From the IMG/VR virus record IMGVR_UViG_3300028844_006278: a stretch of 64,000 nucleotides of DNA, one strand, 5' to 3'. The notes beneath the pieces are model-generated. The model saw nothing but the letters and a program-made list of their open reading frames with translations, was not told where the DNA came from and made no database searches. The position numbers and the translations under genes are program-made. Shown here piece by piece: positions 36,707 through 47,318 of this stretch; positions within the stretch are counted from its first letter, which is position 1; every line of letters begins with the position of its first letter. The stretch comes from a virus.

Positions 36707-37140
36707 GCCCTGAGGGCATCGTAGTATCTCGCTTCCTCCAGTTCGTACATCTGTAGTAGCTCCTGGTATCTACGTTCTCGGTCGACATACCTACTCCACG
36801 CAGTCTCGTACTCCCCCTCTGTCATGCGTAGTACGTACGGTACCCTTATATGCGACAAGTCATCCGAGTCTGGGTCGTATGGACAATAGGTCGCCTTAGT
36901 CACATCCCAGGTTCGGTGATGCCGGTCTCCCAGGATTTTAACTAGTTGGCGCTCTTTGTTCAGCATATGCTCATCGACGAATGCCGTAAACTTCTCCTGA
37001 AATTCAGGACATAGCGGACGAAGCTCTTCCGTAAAAGTCGAGGCACTGATTTGCTCCACCATGTGGATGTCTTGCTGAGGCGGCTTCGGAGGCACAGGTT
37101 TTATAGGTGGCTCCGGTTTAGATAGTATCTTTTTGTTCAT
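36664..37140 (-). CDS. Hypothetical protein
   Basis: Pro-rich N-terminus, helical C-terminus. Confidence 0.65.
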   Translation of the reverse strand: MNKKILSKPEPPIKPVPPKPPQQDIHMVEQISASTFTEELRPLCPEFQEKFTAFVDEHMLNKERQLVKILGDRHHRTWDVTKATYCPYDPDSDDLSHIRVPYVLRMTEGEYETAWSRYVDRERRYQELLQMYELEEARYYDALRAWKIQEIERIGEGW

Positions 37141-37195
37141 TTGTAGGTTCTTATATATATAAGTGTTCGTGCTCCGTAGCTCTCCACTACCAGAA

Positions 37196-37236
37196 AGGAC
37201 ACACGCGTCATATATTACTACGACGCGTGTGCCCTA
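37196..37236. terminator. Hairpin downstream of the SSB gene
   Basis: acacgcgtc...gacgcgtgt stem. Confidence 0.55.
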
Positions 37237-37242
37237 GGGATG

Positions 37243-38031
37243 CTAACCGGTAGACAGCCCCTTCAAGGCGTCCGCAAATTTGGCCAGATCAGCGGGGCTT
37301 GTGACAGCCTCCGCTGCTGTGACCGCAACAGGGACGGGCGGAGGAGGCGCTGCTGCGTAGTTAGCAGGAGGCGCTGCGGGAGGCGCTGCTGCGTAGTTAG
37401 CAGGAGGCGCTGCGGGAGGCGCTGCTGCGTAGTTAGCAGGAGGCGTTGCGGGAGGCGTTGCGGGAGGCGCTGCGGTGAACGGAGGAGGAGGCGCAGAGGC
37501 CGCCTTAAATCCCCCCTCTCCTACCGGGTCAAAGCCCGTATGTCCCGCTGCTGGTGCCACGAGCTCTGTGATCTGGATTTGGTTGAGGAACATGCCTACA
37601 CCAGACACAACGCCTGTGGCGTATGCACGGCCCGTGCCGATTGAGAACCGACCACGACTACCGTTGCCGATGAGCCAATTCTCCCCAGCAGGTGCCTTCT
37701 CCCCCGTGGCATCGTAGAGAGCCGGGGGACGGGTGGTCTTGAACTTAAAGACCAAGGTCCCTGCGGCTTCGCCGGGAGTTCCAGGCACGTACTTCTTTGC
37801 CCAGATCTTTTTCTTTTTCTCGGGATCCGGCTCCGCATCAGCAAGAGCCGTGAGACCCGCGTTTACGATCTCCTCCAGAGTCTGCCGAAGGTGTTGCCCT
37901 TCCTCGCCCTCGATTACAATCGAGCATTCGATCTTCGTCGACGACGAGTCGAAATGGGTGTTGGGAACGGTCGTGTCCCCATTGATGCCGCACCAGACCA
38001 AGTCCCCGAAGGGTGTGATAATGTCTGCCAT
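37243..38031 (-). CDS. T7 Gp2.5-like ssDNA-binding protein with Pro/Ala repeat tail
   Basis: TPFG.L.W, FKFK, LYDA.G, IGNGS, GV...LN.IQI.ELV; adjacent to PolA; 36-bp repeats at about 37343-37475. Confidence 0.8.
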   Translation of the reverse strand: MADIITPFGDLVWCGINGDTTVPNTHFDSSSTKIECSIVIEGEEGQHLRQTLEEIVNAGLTALADAEPDPEKKKKIWAKKYVPGTPGEAAGTLVFKFKTTRPPALYDATGEKAPAGENWLIGNGSRGRFSIGTGRAYATGVVSGVGMFLNQIQITELVAPAAGHTGFDPVGEGGFKAASAPPPPFTAAPPATPPATPPANYAAAPPAAPPANYAAAPPAAPPANYAAAPPPPVPVAVTAAEAVTSPADLAKFADALKGLSTG

Positions 38032-38074
38032 TTTATAGTCTCCTAATTTTTGGCGTGTAGTTAATATCGGCGCC

Positions 38075-39946
38075 TCAGATATTTGCTGTAGGCTGCCAGA
38101 GTAATACGTCTCCGTTCTCTCCTAGAACGGGCTCTGCGTCTTTGTACCAGCGGTCCATGAGTGCCCCCTCAACGCTAATCTTAACGTCCGGGATCACTCT
38201 CCGCATACCTTCGACCATTAGTGTGTTGATGCGCTTGATATTGTGCTGAAGGTGCTCGTCGGGGAGAAGCTCTACTATCACCTCGTCATGGATGAAGTTT
38301 ACTACCCGGAACCCCTCTAGAAACAGATACCATAGCGCTATTTTTGCCCCGTCCGCAGACAGCCCTTGGAAGCTATAGTTAGCTGCCGAGCAGTACGGAC
38401 AGGCTCGTCGTATTCTCCCTGTTACAGTTCTACCTATATATAGCGTATCTCCGTCATCGTCCGTATCCGAGCTGGAGTAGTCCACAGGAGGAGACAGGTG
38501 CTGTTTCATCTCAGGAAACGCAGCCAGCCACTTATCCTTTAGGATCCGGCATTCCTCGATAGGTAAAGTAACCCCGTACGAAGATTTAGCCAAAGTGCTA
38601 AAAGTCGCAAGTCCCAGACCTCCCGGGAATCCGAAGTTACAGGCCTTAGCCGTCTGTCGTTCCCCTTTATCAACTAGCGACTGATCTTTATTCAGGATGA
38701 CTCCTGCGAACCACCTGTGTAGATCCTCCCCTGCGTTGATAACATCGGCCATAGTAGATGCCCCGTACCACTGCAGGCAGCTCTGGGCAAGTGCGCATAG
38801 CTCTAGCTGGCTATAGTCCGCCGCATACAGTAGATATCCCTCAGTAGGGATGTACATCCCACGAACCCCCTCTTCCCGAGGCACGTTCTGAAGATTGGGG
38901 CCGGAACAACTGGTTCGTCCGGTCCGCATCAAAGGATTGAACCTAGGGTGCACCCGACCGTCCCCGCATATTAGCTCAGGGTTTATGTAGGTGCTCAATA
39001 TCTTCTGGTCGTGCTGGAAGGACTGGTAGGCCTCGAGGAATGGATGGGATCGATGTCCCATCACGGATAACGAGTCGTCCGTGATCTGTATTGCACCTGT
39101 CTTCTCCGTACGGGAGAACTGGATGTCTTCTGACCCTTCTATAAACTGAAGCTCTTTCTCTATGTAGGCGAGGAGCTTCTGAAGTACAGAAGAGTTGCCG
39201 GCTACTCCAGCATAGTATCCGAAATCTGCCATCACAGCTTCTGTCACACGCTTCTTATCCTCGAACTTGACCTTCATCTGGTCGAAGTACGGACGATCTA
39301 CCCGCATACCATTACGGCTGATGGAGTCCAGGGCGATCGCCCCAAGTAGCTGAATCTGTTCGGTAGGATACGCCTCCGGCATCTCTCGGAACATCAGGAC
39401 AGTTATAGCTGCATCAACTGCTGCATATTTAGCGTGGCGGTCCGTAAGCTCCATATCTCTAGTGAAGGTTAGGCGGATCTCCTCATCCTTAGGCACATCA
39501 ATGTGCAGCAGCCGCTTTGCCACAAAGTCCAACTTCCATCGACGATCTTTAGATCCCCTATTCAGCTGACGAAGCATCCAACGCATCCCAGTATCGACTA
39601 TACGGTTCTCAGTAATCGCATTTACCCATAACTGCTTATGGGGGCCGGATATGCCGAGAACGTGGAGATCAAAGGATGCGTTATGGAAGATCAGCTCTGC
39701 CGTAGGATTGAGCCGCACCATCTCAGGCAGATAGAAGTCTACGTCCCATGCGCGGACTAGGTGGATCTGCCGGGAGACACTGCAGGCGGCCTGCAGTAGT
39801 GCCAGCTCTACGGGCTCGCCCGGGATAATTAGCTTAGTCTCAGTATCCACCCCGATAGCGGGGCGTAGTCCTGAAGTCCGAAGCACAGGAGACCCTGGCT
39901 CCCATACCGTTACAGTGTATATTTCCCTGCCGACTAATACTTCCAC
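38075..39946 (-). CDS. Family A DNA polymerase (3'-5' exonuclease + polymerase)
   Basis: Exo GVDTET/HNASFD/YAAVDA; TGRTSCSGPNLQN; motif A DYSQLEL; motif B RQTAKACNFGFPGG; motif C IHDE. Confidence 0.95.
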   Translation of the reverse strand: MEVLVGREIYTVTVWEPGSPVLRTSGLRPAIGVDTETKLIIPGEPVELALLQAACSVSRQIHLVRAWDVDFYLPEMVRLNPTAELIFHNASFDLHVLGISGPHKQLWVNAITENRIVDTGMRWMLRQLNRGSKDRRWKLDFVAKRLLHIDVPKDEEIRLTFTRDMELTDRHAKYAAVDAAITVLMFREMPEAYPTEQIQLLGAIALDSISRNGMRVDRPYFDQMKVKFEDKKRVTEAVMADFGYYAGVAGNSSVLQKLLAYIEKELQFIEGSEDIQFSRTEKTGAIQITDDSLSVMGHRSHPFLEAYQSFQHDQKILSTYINPELICGDGRVHPRFNPLMRTGRTSCSGPNLQNVPREEGVRGMYIPTEGYLLYAADYSQLELCALAQSCLQWYGASTMADVINAGEDLHRWFAGVILNKDQSLVDKGERQTAKACNFGFPGGLGLATFSTLAKSSYGVTLPIEECRILKDKWLAAFPEMKQHLSPPVDYSSSDTDDDGDTLYIGRTVTGRIRRACPYCSAANYSFQGLSADGAKIALWYLFLEGFRVVNFIHDEVIVELLPDEHLQHNIKRINTLMVEGMRRVIPDVKISVEGALMDRWYKDAEPVLGENGDVLLWQPTANI

Positions 39947-39968
39947 AACCGCTCCTCCTTATCCGTCG

Positions 39969-40733
39969 TCATCCGAATAGCCACTCCACCTGCCGCAGCG
40001 CAGTAGGTTCTTTGAGCTTCTCTAGAATGGCTGACCGTACTTCCGGTACAGGGACGGACTCCTCAGAATGGGAAGCGAGTATATCTACTCTAAGTACTCG
40101 GATCTCCTCCAATACTACCCTCCTCTCCTCCTTCAGGATGTCGAGCTTAGAGTCTATCTGAAGAAGCTGCTTATCTAGCGGTACAAGTCGGTCATCTTCA
40201 ACCTTATCGAACCGCCAGCAATCTAGTGAGGAATATGTCCTGCACATATCTCTCGTAAGTTCCGAGTTGTGTGCAGAGACCTTCGTCTGTATGTTTGCGT
40301 TCAAGTCCTGTAGCATAAACTCTACTGTCAGCTCCGAGATTGCCCTAGCCTGGACTTTATCGCAAATATCGTTATACCGCTTAAGCTTGGCCTCCTCTCC
40401 ACGCAATCCCCGGTAACTAACCGTCTCTTCTACGGAGTAGTAGAATTCTATAAGAGGATGGTTTTCTAGGTGTTTCTGGTTCCGGGGGGTCCGAGAAATA
40501 TAACCGGACCGAGGTGACAACAGCCCCAGGGTCTTGGCGTCTTCTATATCCACCAGTCCGCTGTTGATCTCCACGCGGTATCCTGCGTGTACTCTCGTAC
40601 CGGTGCGTAAAGGGCCGTCCTTGGGCGAACGCATGGCGATCGTCACATCCTCCTCTACAACCGGCCGTGCTTGGAAGAACCTCCCCGTGCGCAGCTTGGT
40701 CGTCTTAAATACGGGCTCTTTCTTATTTTCCAT
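39969..40733 (-). CDS. Hypothetical protein (coiled-coil C-terminus)
   Basis: ORF between primase and polymerase. Confidence 0.7.
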   Translation of the reverse strand: MENKKEPVFKTTKLRTGRFFQARPVVEEDVTIAMRSPKDGPLRTGTRVHAGYRVEINSGLVDIEDAKTLGLLSPRSGYISRTPRNQKHLENHPLIEFYYSVEETVSYRGLRGEEAKLKRYNDICDKVQARAISELTVEFMLQDLNANIQTKVSAHNSELTRDMCRTYSSLDCWRFDKVEDDRLVPLDKQLLQIDSKLDILKEERRVVLEEIRVLRVDILASHSEESVPVPEVRSAILEKLKEPTALRQVEWLFG

Positions 40734-40765
40734 AGTTTGATATCCTGATTTGTGTGATGTGTGTA

Positions 40766-41812
40766 TTATCTAGCGGTCTCAAGTGCTTCAGATATACGCT
40801 TATCCATCTCCCCTTTAGTGAGGGATGCCGGATCTACTCCTGGAGGAAGATGTATTTGAGATACCCCTCTGGGAAACGCCTCTTCTATACGAAGCCTGGA
40901 AACCAGAGCCTCCTGCTCGGACTCGGCATCGGAGTCGAAGCATACGACTGCACGTCCGCTGAAACCCCACAGTGACTTCAGTAAGGATACCTGTCTAGGT
41001 GACGGGGACTTGCCAAATAAGGCAACAGACTTGGGCCCTATGCGCCAGCAATCCGTAACTCCCTCTACAATCACGACATCTCGGTGGAACATAGCCACGT
41101 CGCGATTATATAGGCAATGACTCTTGCGGACCTTGGAGTTCAGGTATTTGTACCTATCCTTCCATATGTCCTTACATCTGCGGGCCTGCCATCCGACTAA
41201 TCTAGCACCCTGTATAAGCGGCACGATCAGCCTGTCGTCGAAGAACGTCCTCTTCTCATCTCCCATTTGATATGAGCTTCCTTTTCGAGCCACATGTATG
41301 AAGTATTCGTTAGCTAGCTCTACAGGATCGAAGCCCCTGCTTCGGACATAGTCTAAGATGTAGGCAGGCACATCCTCGTTTAGAAGAGGCAAACAGTCCT
41401 TAGGAAGAGACGTCTCCTCCATGAGGATGCTGGTAAATGCCTGAGGTTTAGTGGTCAGAACAGGCCTATCGAGGTCCATGCGCTGTATGTATTCAGACAG
41501 GTTGCAGCTTTCGTTATGGCATTTATACACCCGGCCGAAGTAGTACGTGACTGAGTTCTTCTTTACGCTACATAGGAACGTATGAGAGAAGTACAGCCGA
41601 CGACGAGTATCTCCGCATGCAGGACAGTTCAGCACATAGCATTCGCCCCATCCTCCGCATAGATTCACCATCCGCTTAGTCTTTCTCCCTAGATGGGTAC
41701 GGCTAGTTGGAGGACAGGAGAACCCGGCAGCAGTTCCCGGATTAGCTATCTCCGGGTCTTGCTGGAATACCTCACGAAGTGCTTGATATAGATTAGGATT
41801 TAGGAGCGTCAT
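40766..41812 (-). CDS. DNA primase (Zn finger + TOPRIM)
   Basis: CPACGD...CHN, RLIVP..GWQAR, KYLNS, VEGVTD, FDSDA. Confidence 0.9.
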   Translation of the reverse strand: MTLLNPNLYQALREVFQQDPEIANPGTAAGFSCPPTSRTHLGRKTKRMVNLCGGWGECYVLNCPACGDTRRRLYFSHTFLCSVKKNSVTYYFGRVYKCHNESCNLSEYIQRMDLDRPVLTTKPQAFTSILMEETSLPKDCLPLLNEDVPAYILDYVRSRGFDPVELANEYFIHVARKGSSYQMGDEKRTFFDDRLIVPLIQGARLVGWQARRCKDIWKDRYKYLNSKVRKSHCLYNRDVAMFHRDVVIVEGVTDCWRIGPKSVALFGKSPSPRQVSLLKSLWGFSGRAVVCFDSDAESEQEALVSRLRIEEAFPRGVSQIHLPPGVDPASLTKGEMDKRISEALETAR

Positions 41813-43242
41813 CAGAATACCGCCCCGTCGCCGCTTAGCGACTGGAACTCATCCATAAGTGCTCCTGTGTCCGGAGTAGCTATATCCGCCAGATCCACGT
41901 CAGCAGGACCGGCAGAGATGAACTTACAGTACTCCCCTGCTAGCTGAAGTAGTCCCGTAGTGGATGCCGCAGATCGGGCCTTATCGCAGTTGACTTTACA
42001 CTGCTGATCTGAGTTGAGCTTAGACAAGGCGAATCCGAACTCGAAGAGATTATTCAGGTTCTTATCCTCCTGCGCGTCGTGCGTGGTAAGTAGGGCATCT
42101 GGTCCCTTTTGGGCTGCTGCTCCCGAAACCTGATGCAGTACTAGACTTCTGCCTTTCCTCTCTCTCACACCGTCTAGAAACGTATCCATCCAGTCCGAAG
42201 AGGCGTGCCTAAAACGATTATCCGACATACGGTCCTGCTGCATCACAAGGCGGCTACGGAGCCTTCCCCACCAGTCTAGTATCACCAGACTGGGGCGCTT
42301 GCCCTGCTCTAGTAGAGCGTCTATCGGAGAGAAGAGATCGTCAATACACGTGATGGCCCTGGTGGACTTTCGACAATCCACGAAGTGGAAATACTCCAGC
42401 CACTGGTCTTTAACCGAATCTAGCCGGCTCAGGACCTCTTTAGATAATCCCGAATATCCTCGAGCAAATTCTCGACGAGACGCCCCGGTTCCTAGGACGA
42501 ATTGGCGGATAGCCATATCCCCCTGCAGGCGCTGCTCAGTGGATAGATACACCACGTGCTTCTGGCTAGCTACCTGTGCCGCCGCGCACTGCATCCCCAG
42601 GGTGGTCTTTCCTCCGCCGCTGGGTGCCACCAGAAGCACAGCCTCTCCTGGAGCGGAACCTCCGTCTAGTGCAGTGTCGATAAAGGATTGACCTAGTCGC
42701 TCCTTTTTCATCTCTCGCATAGATCCGGCCACGTCAGTCCACGCTGTCTCTACAGCCAGAGAATCGAACACGTCCGATGAGAAGTCTCGTTCTGCCCTCT
42801 GCAGATATGTCTGAATCTCCCCTATATCGTCATTGTCTGTGACCTGGGCTACCAGCTCCTCCTTGGCCACCATGCGGGCAGACTCGGTTATCAGGGACTT
42901 GACGTACTCGTCCGCCCAGTCATCCGACTCGTACCATACGTCAAAGACTTCACCGAATCCCTGCAGTAGAGAGGATGCAAATGGTGACGAGCTTTGCTGG
43001 TTTAGGCCATCCATCTCCATCAGCAGAACCTCTTTGCTAGGCAGCTGCTGAAATTCTTGGAAGTACATCTCAACAACCTTGAAGACGAACTCCAGATCGG
43101 GATATTCCTTGAAGTAGCGTATACGCATCAGCAGCCTATGAGAAGGCTGTAGGATATGAGCGCGACGGACGAGATGCTTACATACAAGCGTTTTCGTCCT
43201 CCTATCAGTCTCCCGACCAGGGAAACAAGTGTCTGGCAGCAT
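41812..43242 (-). CDS. Replicative (DnaB-like/SF4) helicase
   Basis: APSGGGKTT, YLSTEQ, LVILD, LHQ, KAR. Confidence 0.85.
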   Translation of the reverse strand: MLPDTCFPGRETDRRTKTLVCKHLVRRAHILQPSHRLLMRIRYFKEYPDLEFVFKVVEMYFQEFQQLPSKEVLLMEMDGLNQQSSSPFASSLLQGFGEVFDVWYESDDWADEYVKSLITESARMVAKEELVAQVTDNDDIGEIQTYLQRAERDFSSDVFDSLAVETAWTDVAGSMREMKKERLGQSFIDTALDGGSAPGEAVLLVAPSGGGKTTLGMQCAAAQVASQKHVVYLSTEQRLQGDMAIRQFVLGTGASRREFARGYSGLSKEVLSRLDSVKDQWLEYFHFVDCRKSTRAITCIDDLFSPIDALLEQGKRPSLVILDWWGRLRSRLVMQQDRMSDNRFRHASSDWMDTFLDGVRERKGRSLVLHQVSGAAAQKGPDALLTTHDAQEDKNLNNLFEFGFALSKLNSDQQCKVNCDKARSAASTTGLLQLAGEYCKFISAGPADVDLADIATPDTGALMDEFQSLSGDGAVF

Positions 43243-43831
43243 AAGAGTCCTCCTCTTTTAGCGCGTTTATTGTTGTAGGCAGATGTAGTGCGATCTGTGG
43301 AAGTCCCAATAAGACCTCTCCGGCTCGCAATCCCCACATCTGGATGATATCGGCGTACTCCGGACGCCCGATCCTAAGCATCTTCAGGGCAGACTCTACT
43401 CTAAGAGAGGGGCCTACTTCGAAATAAGGATGCTTGAGAACATAGTGCAGGCCGTTGGTCCTTGTCGATGAATTTAGGATATCTCGCTGTAGACGCATGT
43501 TTACGTCCAGCTCCAATGGGAGGCCTGACTTAAAGACCAAGAACCCTCTCCACATCTTATCACTCACGCAGACGTTCTTAATCGCAAGAGTAGCTACAGA
43601 GGACTTCATCCCAGAATCTCGCTGCGAATGGACAGCGATGTAGTATATGTATTCGAAGGGACTGAATCCAGCAGATCTAAGCCTACACTCCATGTTCGTC
43701 CATATAGGATCGTTCGCCACAGGAAGGACAGTGCCTCCTGTGAGGTAGTGCAGACTATCCCATATATCTAGGTCAGGAATAGGCAGGGACCCATCCGTCC
43801 CTGATTCTCCATCCTTTTTTCTCATACTCAT
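43205..43831 (-). CDS. Hypothetical protein (start uncertain)
   Basis: ORF between the two helicases. Confidence 0.6.
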   Translation of the reverse strand: MSMRKKDGESGTDGSLPIPDLDIWDSLHYLTGGTVLPVANDPIWTNMECRLRSAGFSPFEYIYYIAVHSQRDSGMKSSVATLAIKNVCVSDKMWRGFLVFKSGLPLELDVNMRLQRDILNSSTRTNGLHYVLKHPYFEVGPSLRVESALKMLRIGRPEYADIIQMWGLRAGEVLLGLPQIALHLPTTINALKEEDSYAARHLFPWSGD

Positions 43832-45203
43832 CTCTCCTTTTGTCCGATCTACGGACAAACCATGGGTCGAAGTTATCCTGGAAGTCTACTAGGACCCCCT
43901 GGGGTTTGTTGTCGGATATTCGTGAAAGTCGTCCAACTATCTGCGTGCATGGGATGCTGGACGTCTGCCCGTCCCCTCGGATTAGGACCGATAGTTCAGG
44001 AAAATCAACTCCCTTGTTCCAGCAGGTAGTGCAGATTGCTTTCTTAACCTCGCCCGTCTCGAATCGCTTACGTATATCGTCTGCGTCCGGAGACTTTAGA
44101 TCCGTGCGCTCTGGATCTACAATGCCCATATCGACAAACGCTTTCCAGTACTGGTCTCCGACTCCTCCGTGAACTACTTCGAACTCCGGAAGCCGGTGCT
44201 TTAGACGCAGGGCATGTTCTGTCTTCTCCACGAATACCAATACTTGGTGATCCTCGAACGATTTCGCAGCCCTTGCGATCAGGTCATTTCTATGGGAGTT
44301 CTGCCAGTACCCTTCTTTCTTGCGCGCTATCTCCGACCCCACCAGAGGAGACCTATCCTCATTTACAGAAATGAAGCGACACTCTATTGGAACAACCAAC
44401 CCTGCCTCTTCGGCATCCTGGTAGCCCACCTCAGCAATCACTGGTCCGAATAGAGCTTCTATGAACTTATCGGCTCTATCTGAGCGACCAGTAGGAGATG
44501 CGGAAAACCCGAATCTACGGCACTGCGAGAATCCTAGCACGGCAGTTACAGCAGTAGTGCTGCCGGCCTCGTGAGCCTCGTCATATATTAACAGGTCGGG
44601 CCACTCTGAAGGTATCTTATATAGGACACCTACTGTAGAAACGCATACTTCGCTCTCCTCCAGAAACCTATGGGATCCGGAGTGCTTAGACACCTTCTTT
44701 TCAGGACATGCCCGGCAGATTCTGTCGTATATGGAATTCACCACGGGGCGCGACCCAGACACCACTAATATCTTTGCAGACGGATAGATACGACACAGCT
44801 GCTCGATCATGTAGGTTTTACCCATCCCGGTGGCGCAGTTCACCACCCCCATGTAGGAACTACATATCTTGGCAAGTACCTCCGGTTGATGGGTCCTAAG
44901 GGGCCCTACATTATCGAAGGACGGAGTAGGCAGCGGGTCCCGATGATCCTTTATCTCGAAGGGCACGCGGGCGGCCTGGAGAGAGGAACAAAGAGAAGTC
45001 AGGAGCCCAGCGTGGGTAAAGATCCCGCCGGACGCTACGTCATCGTATAGGGGAATCTTCTCGAATATGAAATTGCCCTTACTAGTGGACGATCGCATAT
45101 TCCACGGCTTTTTCTTCATGCGAGTAGCTGTCAGCGGAGCAGCCATACATGGGTGGAATGAGGAAGCCGTTAATATGTTTCCTCGAAGCTCTAGCAATAT
45201 CAT
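43773..45203 (-). CDS. SF2 DNA helicase (UvsW-like)
   Basis: ATGMGKT, DEAH, SASP, GVDFP, QIVGRLSR. Confidence 0.9.
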   Translation of the reverse strand: MILLELRGNILTASSFHPCMAAPLTATRMKKKPWNMRSSTSKGNFIFEKIPLYDDVASGGIFTHAGLLTSLCSSLQAARVPFEIKDHRDPLPTPSFDNVGPLRTHQPEVLAKICSSYMGVVNCATGMGKTYMIEQLCRIYPSAKILVVSGSRPVVNSIYDRICRACPEKKVSKHSGSHRFLEESEVCVSTVGVLYKIPSEWPDLLIYDEAHEAGSTTAVTAVLGFSQCRRFGFSASPTGRSDRADKFIEALFGPVIAEVGYQDAEEAGLVVPIECRFISVNEDRSPLVGSEIARKKEGYWQNSHRNDLIARAAKSFEDHQVLVFVEKTEHALRLKHRLPEFEVVHGGVGDQYWKAFVDMGIVDPERTDLKSPDADDIRKRFETGEVKKAICTTCWNKGVDFPELSVLIRGDGQTSSIPCTQIVGRLSRISDNKPQGVLVDFQDNFDPWFVRRSDKRRDEYEKKGWRIRDGWVPAYS

Positions 45204-45254
45204 ACTGCGCGGCCTCCTTGTTGTTGGTGTTGTTGTTGATCCGAGTGAGCCTCC

Positions 45255-47318
45255 CTATACAGCATAGGCTCCGGACGCAGACACGTCCTTGATTCGGCTA
45301 AAGGCTGGCATCAGTGCCGGCTCGTGTGTTGCGATCAGCACTTCAGATGACGTACGCTCGGTGATACTCTTAGCCTTGGAGAGGATAGATGCAAGCTTTG
45401 GTTTATTGATATCATCCAGCCACACAGTAGGCTCGTCAAGAACCAGCAGAGGCACGCGGAAAGCCAACAGGTCGGCAGCCGCAAACTTAAAGGCAAGGGC
45501 TAGAGCTACCATTTGTCCTCCGCTAAGTGCTCGAGAAGATACGTTGCTCTTATGAGGGAACGACACCATAAAGTCGAACTCCTCGCTGATGTACGCCGTG
45601 AAGTTGGTATCGAATAAGGATAGGTATGAATCCAGCTGAGCATTCAGCCCCACTAGCATTTTCTGCATAACTAGCTTAGGTAGGTTGTCCCGATGCAAGA
45701 CTGTGCGTGCCTCAGCTAAGAATGATGAGACCTTCTCTGCCTTATTCCGAAGGGACTGCTCTTCCTGGGCCGCAGAGAGTCGTTCCCGACTGGCTGCTAA
45801 GGTTGCGTCGGCGGCCGCTTTTGTTTCAATAGCCTTTAGCCGAACGCTCTCTAGTTCCTTCAGATTGGAGATGAACTCCTCGCACTTCTCCCTAGACTCT
45901 TCCGAGCAGGCGACCTGTGCCTCTGCTTGGAGTAGGGAGTCCCTAGCATCGTCTAGCTTGCGCTGTACTGGGGATATCTGAGCCTCTGCGCGGGCCTGTA
46001 GCTGTAGGTACTGCGTGAATTTAGCATACGCGTTCTTTTTCTGCATATACTTATCCTTATCGAACCCCTGCAGCGATTCCTGCATAGTCCGCACAGATTC
46101 CAAAAGATGTCCGACCTGCCTCTCGGCGGAAGCTATCTCCGCCTTGTACCCACTTCTTTTTATGTAGTTGTTATTAAAAGCCCTGTTGCTCTCCTCCCAC
46201 TCCTCAGACAGCTTTTCCAATTCCTTCCGAGCAGCATCCAGCGATGCCTCGGCCTCGTCCTTTTCTTCGTCCTTTGCGTCGTGGAGTCTCAGGCACGTGG
46301 GACACACCCCAGCAACGCATAGATCGTGCTGCGCGCTGAGCTTGGCCACGATGGCCCGCTTATCGGAGAATAGTCCGTCCCCGGGAGAGGGAACGGTAGG
46401 TAGCTGTCTTAGTTGATTTCGAAGATCCTCCAATCGATCTGACGCGGACAGGAGTGACGAGGATGTCAGATCCAGTCTATCCTTCTGACGATATAGGTTT
46501 TCTTCCTCTTCTGTAGGAGGATCGCAAGGTGGACACGGCTCCGGGGTGTGCTGGGACTGCAGGTCCGCCAGCGTCTTGGACAGATAAGCAACTTGCGCCA
46601 CGGCCTGGGCCACCTTCTTCGACTTCTCGTCCTCGGTCGGAGACGACAGAAGGGCCTGAACTTCCGGAAGTTGTTTTCTATACTCCTCTTCCAGAGCCTC
46701 CGAGTCGGCGATAGTCTTGGCCGATTGTTCCCTGACCTGCGTCTGATGCTTGATTGTCTCGGACAGCGTGCCCACCTCCTCGGATCGGTCCAGATATAGA
46801 GGAATTTTAGACCGTGCGTCAGATATCTTTGCTCGGATCCGCTCTACAGTGCTGTGCTGAACCAGACGTTGGAAGAACGCCATTCGCTGCGCATGGCCCA
46901 TAGTCAGGATGGAGATAAGACCCCCCTGTGGTGTGAAGCAGGTTTCGTACATACCGGAAAAGGACGTACCTAGCGCGTCCTCCATAAAGGCATTGGCCTC
47001 TTTACTTCGAAGGGGTTTCTCCATATCTGGCGACGACAGCGTCACAGCGGATGAGTCTACCCGACGCTTCAGGGTAAATGTCCGACCACCGTGCTCGAAG
47101 ACAAGAGTCGTGCTGCCGGACGAGGCTGCCCACCCGAGCATATCCGCCTTCGCCGTATCTGACGAGGTCTTTCCGGATATTGCAAAATATAGCGCATCCA
47201 AAAAGTTAGACTTCCCAGATCCGTTGCGACCCACTACTCCTGTAATTCCAGGCTGGAACTCGTGGTAGAGGTCCTTGTGCTGGAATATGTTATCCAGCGT
47301 CAGTGATACAAACTTCAT
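45255..47318 (-). CDS. sbcC: SbcC/Rad50-like SMC ATPase (gp46-like)
   Basis: GRNGSGKS, Q-loop, Zn hook CPTC, LSGGQ, LDEPT, ATH. Confidence 0.92.
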   Translation of the reverse strand: MKFVSLTLDNIFQHKDLYHEFQPGITGVVGRNGSGKSNFLDALYFAISGKTSSDTAKADMLGWAASSGSTTLVFEHGGRTFTLKRRVDSSAVTLSSPDMEKPLRSKEANAFMEDALGTSFSGMYETCFTPQGGLISILTMGHAQRMAFFQRLVQHSTVERIRAKISDARSKIPLYLDRSEEVGTLSETIKHQTQVREQSAKTIADSEALEEEYRKQLPEVQALLSSPTEDEKSKKVAQAVAQVAYLSKTLADLQSQHTPEPCPPCDPPTEEEENLYRQKDRLDLTSSSLLSASDRLEDLRNQLRQLPTVPSPGDGLFSDKRAIVAKLSAQHDLCVAGVCPTCLRLHDAKDEEKDEAEASLDAARKELEKLSEEWEESNRAFNNNYIKRSGYKAEIASAERQVGHLLESVRTMQESLQGFDKDKYMQKKNAYAKFTQYLQLQARAEAQISPVQRKLDDARDSLLQAEAQVACSEESREKCEEFISNLKELESVRLKAIETKAAADATLAASRERLSAAQEEQSLRNKAEKVSSFLAEARTVLHRDNLPKLVMQKMLVGLNAQLDSYLSLFDTNFTAYISEEFDFMVSFPHKSNVSSRALSGGQMVALALAFKFAAADLLAFRVPLLVLDEPTVWLDDINKPKLASILSKAKSITERTSSEVLIATHEPALMPAFSRIKDVSASGAYAV

